The position numbers and the translations under genes were made by a program. From Prevotella sp. (lineage in GTDB: Bacteria > Bacteroidota > Bacteroidia > Bacteroidales > Dysgonomonadaceae), in contig JAITVV010000017.1 of NCBI GenBank assembly GCA_031285625.1, forward strand, positions 62,945 through 126,944: a stretch of 64,000 nt of DNA, written 5' to 3'. Shown piece after piece: positions 59,674 through 64,000 of this stretch. Below the pieces are notes generated by a model. That model was not told where the DNA came from. It searched no databases and saw only the letters and a program-made list of their open reading frames with translations. Position 1 is the stretch's first letter. Every line of letters starts with the position of its first letter.

Positions 59674-60933
59674 TCCCATTTCGGAGAAAAGTCTTTGTTC
59701 TTTTTGTTTAGCTGTATCGATTGACGTTTTGTCCTGAGGATTAATCCCGTATTTTGCCGGGAATGGGATTATAAGTTTAGTTCCCAGAGGTACATTATTA
59801 GCATTCTTGATCTTATCCTTATTCTCTTCATAGATATAGACCCAAAAGGACTTATGCCCATAATATTTGAGAGAGATATTACGAAGCGTACTTCCCGGCT
59901 CTATTGTGATCGTCGCCAAATGCGCAGAAGTTGTGGCATTATCTGTCGTTGCATTTTCGGTTTTATCAGGAATGATAGAAGAATCTATAACTTCGTCCAC
60001 ACGGGCAGAGTCTATTTTATTTGTCAAGGAATCCGGAGTGATCACAGCATCTAACTTCTTATCCTCAACTATAGCTACGGTCTTATTTTCATCAGCAGGA
60101 CCTTCTGTCAGGAATTTAGCTATTTCCTGAAAATATAATCCACCAATAAAAAATCCTGCAATGATAAGGAATATAAAGAAAGCCAGAGAGATAAAACGTC
60201 GTCTTCTTTTCGAAGCATGTTTTTGGTCTACCAGTACTGTTTCGGTGTCATCTGATTCGACCTTATCTTCCGGCAAAGGAGAAGAAATTGCTTCATTCTG
60301 TTGCTGTTCTACTTCTGCTACTGATGGTACATTTTCAATAGTCTCTACTTCTTCCTGAACGACTATATCCTGAGTTTTTTCAATTATATCTTCAGATGGT
60401 TCATTCTCTATAATTTCAGCAACCGGAGGAACAACTTCTCCTACATATTCTATACCATCAGGCTTATCAGTTACAATTTCCTGTAAAATAATGGAGGATA
60501 TAGCGGCTTCGTTACTTACAGACGTTTCTGTTGATTCAACTTCATCTATATTAGCTTCCGACTCCACTAACTCAGAAGACTCTTCCTTCTCTATATAATC
60601 AAAGGATACACCATCTTCAAGCACTACACTTTCGAAATGAGCAAACGGGCGATTTATCGCTTCCTTCAATGATTTATCAGGAGTAAAACTCAATTTATAA
60701 TGTGCAGCTATCTCAATAGCTTCACCTGTGTTTACATCAACACTCCTGCGCGCATTGACTTTTACAAGCTTAAAGACACCAAATTCTTTGATCTTTACAG
60801 ACTCATTATTCTCTATATTCTCTGAAATAACAGCTATAAGTTCGCGCAAAAAAGACTCAGCATCCTTCTTGGTTATCTCCTGTTTCTTAGCCAGAAGATC
60901 AATCAAATCCTGTAGACTAAGACGTTCATTCAT
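59668..60933 (-). CDS. HU-like DNA-binding domain, acidic linker, TM helix and LysM-like domain
   Basis: VKIKEFGVFK..VNTGE..LSFTPD..AINRPFAHFE; TM after KRRR; TLRNISLKYYG..WVYIYEEN..GTKLIIP. Confidence 0.82.
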   Translation of the reverse strand: MNERLSLQDLIDLLAKKQEITKKDAESFLRELIAVISENIENNESVKIKEFGVFKLVKVNARRSVDVNTGEAIEIAAHYKLSFTPDKSLKEAINRPFAHFESVVLEDGVSFDYIEKEESSELVESEANIDEVESTETSVSNEAAISSIILQEIVTDKPDGIEYVGEVVPPVAEIIENEPSEDIIEKTQDIVVQEEVETIENVPSVAEVEQQQNEAISSPLPEDKVESDDTETVLVDQKHASKRRRRFISLAFFIFLIIAGFFIGGLYFQEIAKFLTEGPADENKTVAIVEDKKLDAVITPDSLTNKIDSARVDEVIDSSIIPDKTENATTDNATTSAHLATITIEPGSTLRNISLKYYGHKSFWVYIYEENKDKIKNANNVPLGTKLIIPFPAKYGINPQDKTSIDTAKQKEQRLFSEMGL

Positions 60934-61222
60934 TTACTTCAAGTTTTTTAAGTGTTTCTTTGATAGTTTGTCCCGGGCGGAATGACAAAGATATTTTAGG
61001 AGGAATCAAGAACCGTTGTTTCGAAACCGGATTTACAGATATACGCTCTCCTTTTTTTTTCGTTTCAAATAAGCCAAACCCTTGGATATTAATAGAATTA
61101 TTCTCCTCTAAATTCGTATTGATAATGGAGACAGTAGCTTCCAATATCTCAGAAGCTTGGCGTTGTGTCCATCCTAAACGCTTAGCCAAAGTTGCTATTA
61201 ATTCCTGGTTTGTCATAGTCAT
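60926..61222 (-). CDS. HU/IHF family DNA-binding protein
   Basis: IQGFGLFETKKK.ER..VNP..IPPK..SFRP. Confidence 0.9.
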   Translation of the reverse strand: MTMTNQELIATLAKRLGWTQRQASEILEATVSIINTNLEENNSINIQGFGLFETKKKGERISVNPVSKQRFLIPPKISLSFRPGQTIKETLKKLEVNE

Positions 61223-61308
61223 AATATATTAAAGTTAAGTCGCAGACCCTATTTATTATTTTGATATGTATGAAAGAAACAGTCTGTTACAATAATTCTT
61301 TCTATTAT

Positions 61309-62604
61309 TTATAACACTTCTCCATATAAATCGAAAGATTGTGTACCTGTTATCTTAACATCATAAAACTCTCCAATATTAAGCATTTTATTTTTCTTTA
61401 TCAAGACCTCCGGATCAACTTCCGGGGAATCAAACTCTGTACGGCCAATATAATAATCACCTTCTTCTTTATCTATAATGACTTTCAGTGTTTGTCCTAT
61501 TTTATTATCATTGATCTCAAAAGCGATTCTCTCCTGTACTGACATTAGCAAGTCCATTCGTTCTTGCTTTGTAGTGTCAGAAATGCTATCCTTGTAATGC
61601 TTATAAGCATATGTCCCATCCTCATGGGAATATGGGAATGCTCCCATCCTTTCAAAACGCACATCTTTCACAAATTGCAAAAGATCTTCAAAGTCTTTTT
61701 TTGTTTCTCCCGGATGACCAACCATTAATGTCGTACGCAAATGTATTCCGGGCACCTCTTCCCTTATACGACGCATCAAGTCATAAGTTTCCCGCTTTGA
61801 TATATTACGACGCATCTTGGTCAAGATATTATCACTTACATGTTGCAAAGCTATATCAAGATATTTACATACATTATCATTCTCCCGCATCACTCTAAGT
61901 AGATCATAAGGGAAATTTGCCGGATAGGCATAATGAAGACGAATCCATTCTACACCCTCTATCTTTGCAATACGTTCTATTAGCTCCGGAAGCTTAGCCT
62001 GCTTATAGTTATCATAACCATAAAAAGACAGATCCTGGGCTATCACCTGAAATTCTTTAACTCCTGATATTACCAAATGCCTCACTTCTTCTTCTATCTC
62101 CTCTATAGGGCGAGACTGATGTTTTCCGGTCATTATAGGAATCGAGCAATACGAACAAGTACGATTACATCCTTCAGATATTTTAAGATAAGCATAATGC
62201 TTTGGAGTAGTAATACTACGCTCCAAAGCTAAGTCCTGATTAAAAGACTTACCTAAATCTGCTATAAGAGCCTTCCAGTTAAACTTACCATAGAAATTAT
62301 CTACTTCTGGTATTTCAACCTTTAATTCATCCATATATCTCTCTGTAAGACATCCCATAACAAAGAGCTTGTTCAATTTTCGTTCTTTTTTTGCCTCTGC
62401 AAACTCAAGAATCATATTAATAGATTCTTCTTTGGCATCGCCAATAAATCCACATGTATTGATTACAACAATTTCTCCTTCCGATTTATCAGGATCATGT
62501 TTTACGGTATAACCATTTGCTAATAGTTGTTTCATCAACAACTCTGAATCCACCAGGTTTTTAGAACAACCAAGTGTTATTACATCAATTCTATTCTTCT
62601 TCAT
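61309..62604 (-). CDS. rimO: ribosomal protein S12 methylthiotransferase
   Basis: TLGCSKNLVDSE, NTCGFI, KISEGCNRTCSYCSIP, DSPEVD TRAM domain. Confidence 0.96.
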   Translation of the reverse strand: MKKNRIDVITLGCSKNLVDSELLMKQLLANGYTVKHDPDKSEGEIVVINTCGFIGDAKEESINMILEFAEAKKERKLNKLFVMGCLTERYMDELKVEIPEVDNFYGKFNWKALIADLGKSFNQDLALERSITTPKHYAYLKISEGCNRTCSYCSIPIMTGKHQSRPIEEIEEEVRHLVISGVKEFQVIAQDLSFYGYDNYKQAKLPELIERIAKIEGVEWIRLHYAYPANFPYDLLRVMRENDNVCKYLDIALQHVSDNILTKMRRNISKRETYDLMRRIREEVPGIHLRTTLMVGHPGETKKDFEDLLQFVKDVRFERMGAFPYSHEDGTYAYKHYKDSISDTTKQERMDLLMSVQERIAFEINDNKIGQTLKVIIDKEEGDYYIGRTEFDSPEVDPEVLIKKNKMLNIGEFYDVKITGTQSFDLYGEVL

Positions 62605-62607
62605 TTT

Positions 62608-63561
62608 TTACGCTCCAAAAAGGCTATCGACAAATTCCTTACGTCTAAAGACTTGCAAGTCATCAATGCCCTCTCCCAATCCAATATATTTTACCGGAAT
62701 CTTAAACTGATCTGAAATACCGATTACAACACCACCTTTTGCCGTACCATCCAGTTTGGTGATAGCCAGCGCGGTAACATCTGTTGCCGCCGTAAATTGG
62801 GTAGCCTGTTCAAATGCATTTTGTCCGGTCGAACCATCCAGTACAAGTAAAACTTCGTGAGGTGCTCCGGGAACTATTTTATCCATCACCTTCTTTATCT
62901 TGGTAAGCTCGTTCATCAGTCCAACCTTATTATGTAAACGACCGGCTGTATCTATGATTACTACATCTGCATTATTTGCCTTTGCAGAACTCAAGGTATC
63001 AAAAGCTACAGACGCCGGATCCGATCCCATAGCCTGTTTAACCACCGGAACTCCAACCCTTTCACCCCAAATAACCAGTTGCTCTACTGCAGCAGCCCGG
63101 AATGTATCAGCAGCACCTAAGTAAACAGATTTGCCCGCTTTCTTAAACTGATTTGCCAGTTTTCCTATTGTAGTAGTCTTCCCTACTCCATTAACACCGA
63201 CAACCATTATTACATACGGTTTGTTATCTTCCGGTATAGAGAAATCTTCGGTATCCAGAGTATTATTCTCGGTAAGTAAATTGGCTATTTCGTCACGCAG
63301 GATAGAATTCAGTTCCTCTGCATTTATGTACTTATCTTTCGCCACGCGCTTCTCTATCCGCTCAATAACCTTCAATGTAGTATTCACTCCTACATCAGAA
63401 GAAATCAATACTTCCTCCAAATCATCTAGTACATCATCGTCAACCTTGGATTTTCCGGCAACAACACGAGACAATTTAGAAAACATTGATTCTTTGGTTT
63501 TTTCCAACCCTTTATCAAGTGTTTCTTTTTTCTGTTTTGAAAAGAAATCAAACAATCCCAT
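62608..63561 (-). CDS. ftsY: signal recognition particle receptor FtsY
   Basis: GVNGVGKTTTIGKLA, DTFRAAA, DTAGRL, TKLDGTAKGG. Confidence 0.97.
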   Translation of the reverse strand: MGLFDFFSKQKKETLDKGLEKTKESMFSKLSRVVAGKSKVDDDVLDDLEEVLISSDVGVNTTLKVIERIEKRVAKDKYINAEELNSILRDEIANLLTENNTLDTEDFSIPEDNKPYVIMVVGVNGVGKTTTIGKLANQFKKAGKSVYLGAADTFRAAAVEQLVIWGERVGVPVVKQAMGSDPASVAFDTLSSAKANNADVVIIDTAGRLHNKVGLMNELTKIKKVMDKIVPGAPHEVLLVLDGSTGQNAFEQATQFTAATDVTALAITKLDGTAKGGVVIGISDQFKIPVKYIGLGEGIDDLQVFRRKEFVDSLFGA

Positions 63562-63660
63562 AAATCTTATTCTTTTTGATTTTCAAGCATAGTTAATTGC
63601 TTGCTATAATCTAATATATAGCTTTGTATCTTGCTTATACAAAGCTACAAAATGGATAAT

Positions 63661-63697
63661 AAAAAACCTCCCTACATAAAAATGAAGGAGGCTTTTT
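63661..63697 (-). terminator. probable terminator after rpmG-DUF4295
   Basis: AAAAAACCTCC...GGAGGCTTTTT imperfect stem. Confidence 0.5.
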
Positions 63698-63804
63698 AAA
63701 TATTTTTAACAAGATTAAGGTCATAGACCTTTTTATTATTTCGCAAACATAACAACAATAAGAAGTCATGGATTCGAAAATATATTTTAAATCCTATCTA
63801 TCAA

Positions 63805-63966
63805 TTATTTTGCGAAATAATCCTTTACTGATTCATTTGGAACCATTTCTTCTTTAAACGTATAAGCACCTGTCTTAGGCGACTTCTCCATTTTAATTAC
63901 TTTTGCATAGTTACGACCGTCTTTCGATGAAGCATCGCGATAACCGGCCACTGCTTTCTTTGCCAT
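63805..63966 (-). CDS. DUF4295 family small protein (53 aa, absent from the ORF track)
   Basis: MAKKAVAGYRDASSKDGRNYAKVIKMEKSPKTGAYTFKEEMVPNESVKDYFAK; usual Bacteroidota position between rpmG and ftsY. Confidence 0.88.
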   Translation of the reverse strand: MAKKAVAGYRDASSKDGRNYAKVIKMEKSPKTGAYTFKEEMVPNESVKDYFAK

Positions 63967-63980
63967 GGTCTATATATTTT

Positions 63981-64000
63981 TTACTTAATTTCTTTGTGAA
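63981..64000 (-). CDS. rpmG: 3' end of 50S ribosomal protein L33 (truncated by the window edge)
   Basis: the reverse strand reads ..HKEIK*, the typical L33 C-terminus, upstream of DUF4295-ftsY. Confidence 0.75.

Overview
AT-rich chromosomal window from a Bacteroidota organism. The Dysgonomonas-like assignment is inferred from gene content, gene order and TAnnTTTG promoter elements, not proven. It is mostly housekeeping genes: ppk2, corA, rsmA, pepD, cobB, two FKBP PPIases, rluD, ddl, recF, rimO, ftsY and the 3' end of rpmG. It holds a complete trp operon with an unannotated WWW leader peptide and attenuator; the operon unusually contains trpB2 and two non-trp genes. Accessory modules are a tandem triplet of surface lipoproteins with conserved junctions and variable cores, an ECF sigma factor with a beta-barrel anti-sigma-like partner, a divergent regulator with two secreted proteins, a Zn-ribbon/AraC-GyrI/radical SAM/GNAT-YoaP operon, glycan-decoration genes, and an HU-TM-LysM fusion. 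The intergenic DNA carries several small-repeat families. The most striking is a five-copy, same-orientation element AAARGTRACA-N19-21-TGTHACYTTTGTYACYTTT that I cannot assign to a known family. I saw no rRNA, tRNA, CRISPR array, transposase or integrase. All calls are by eye, without database searches.
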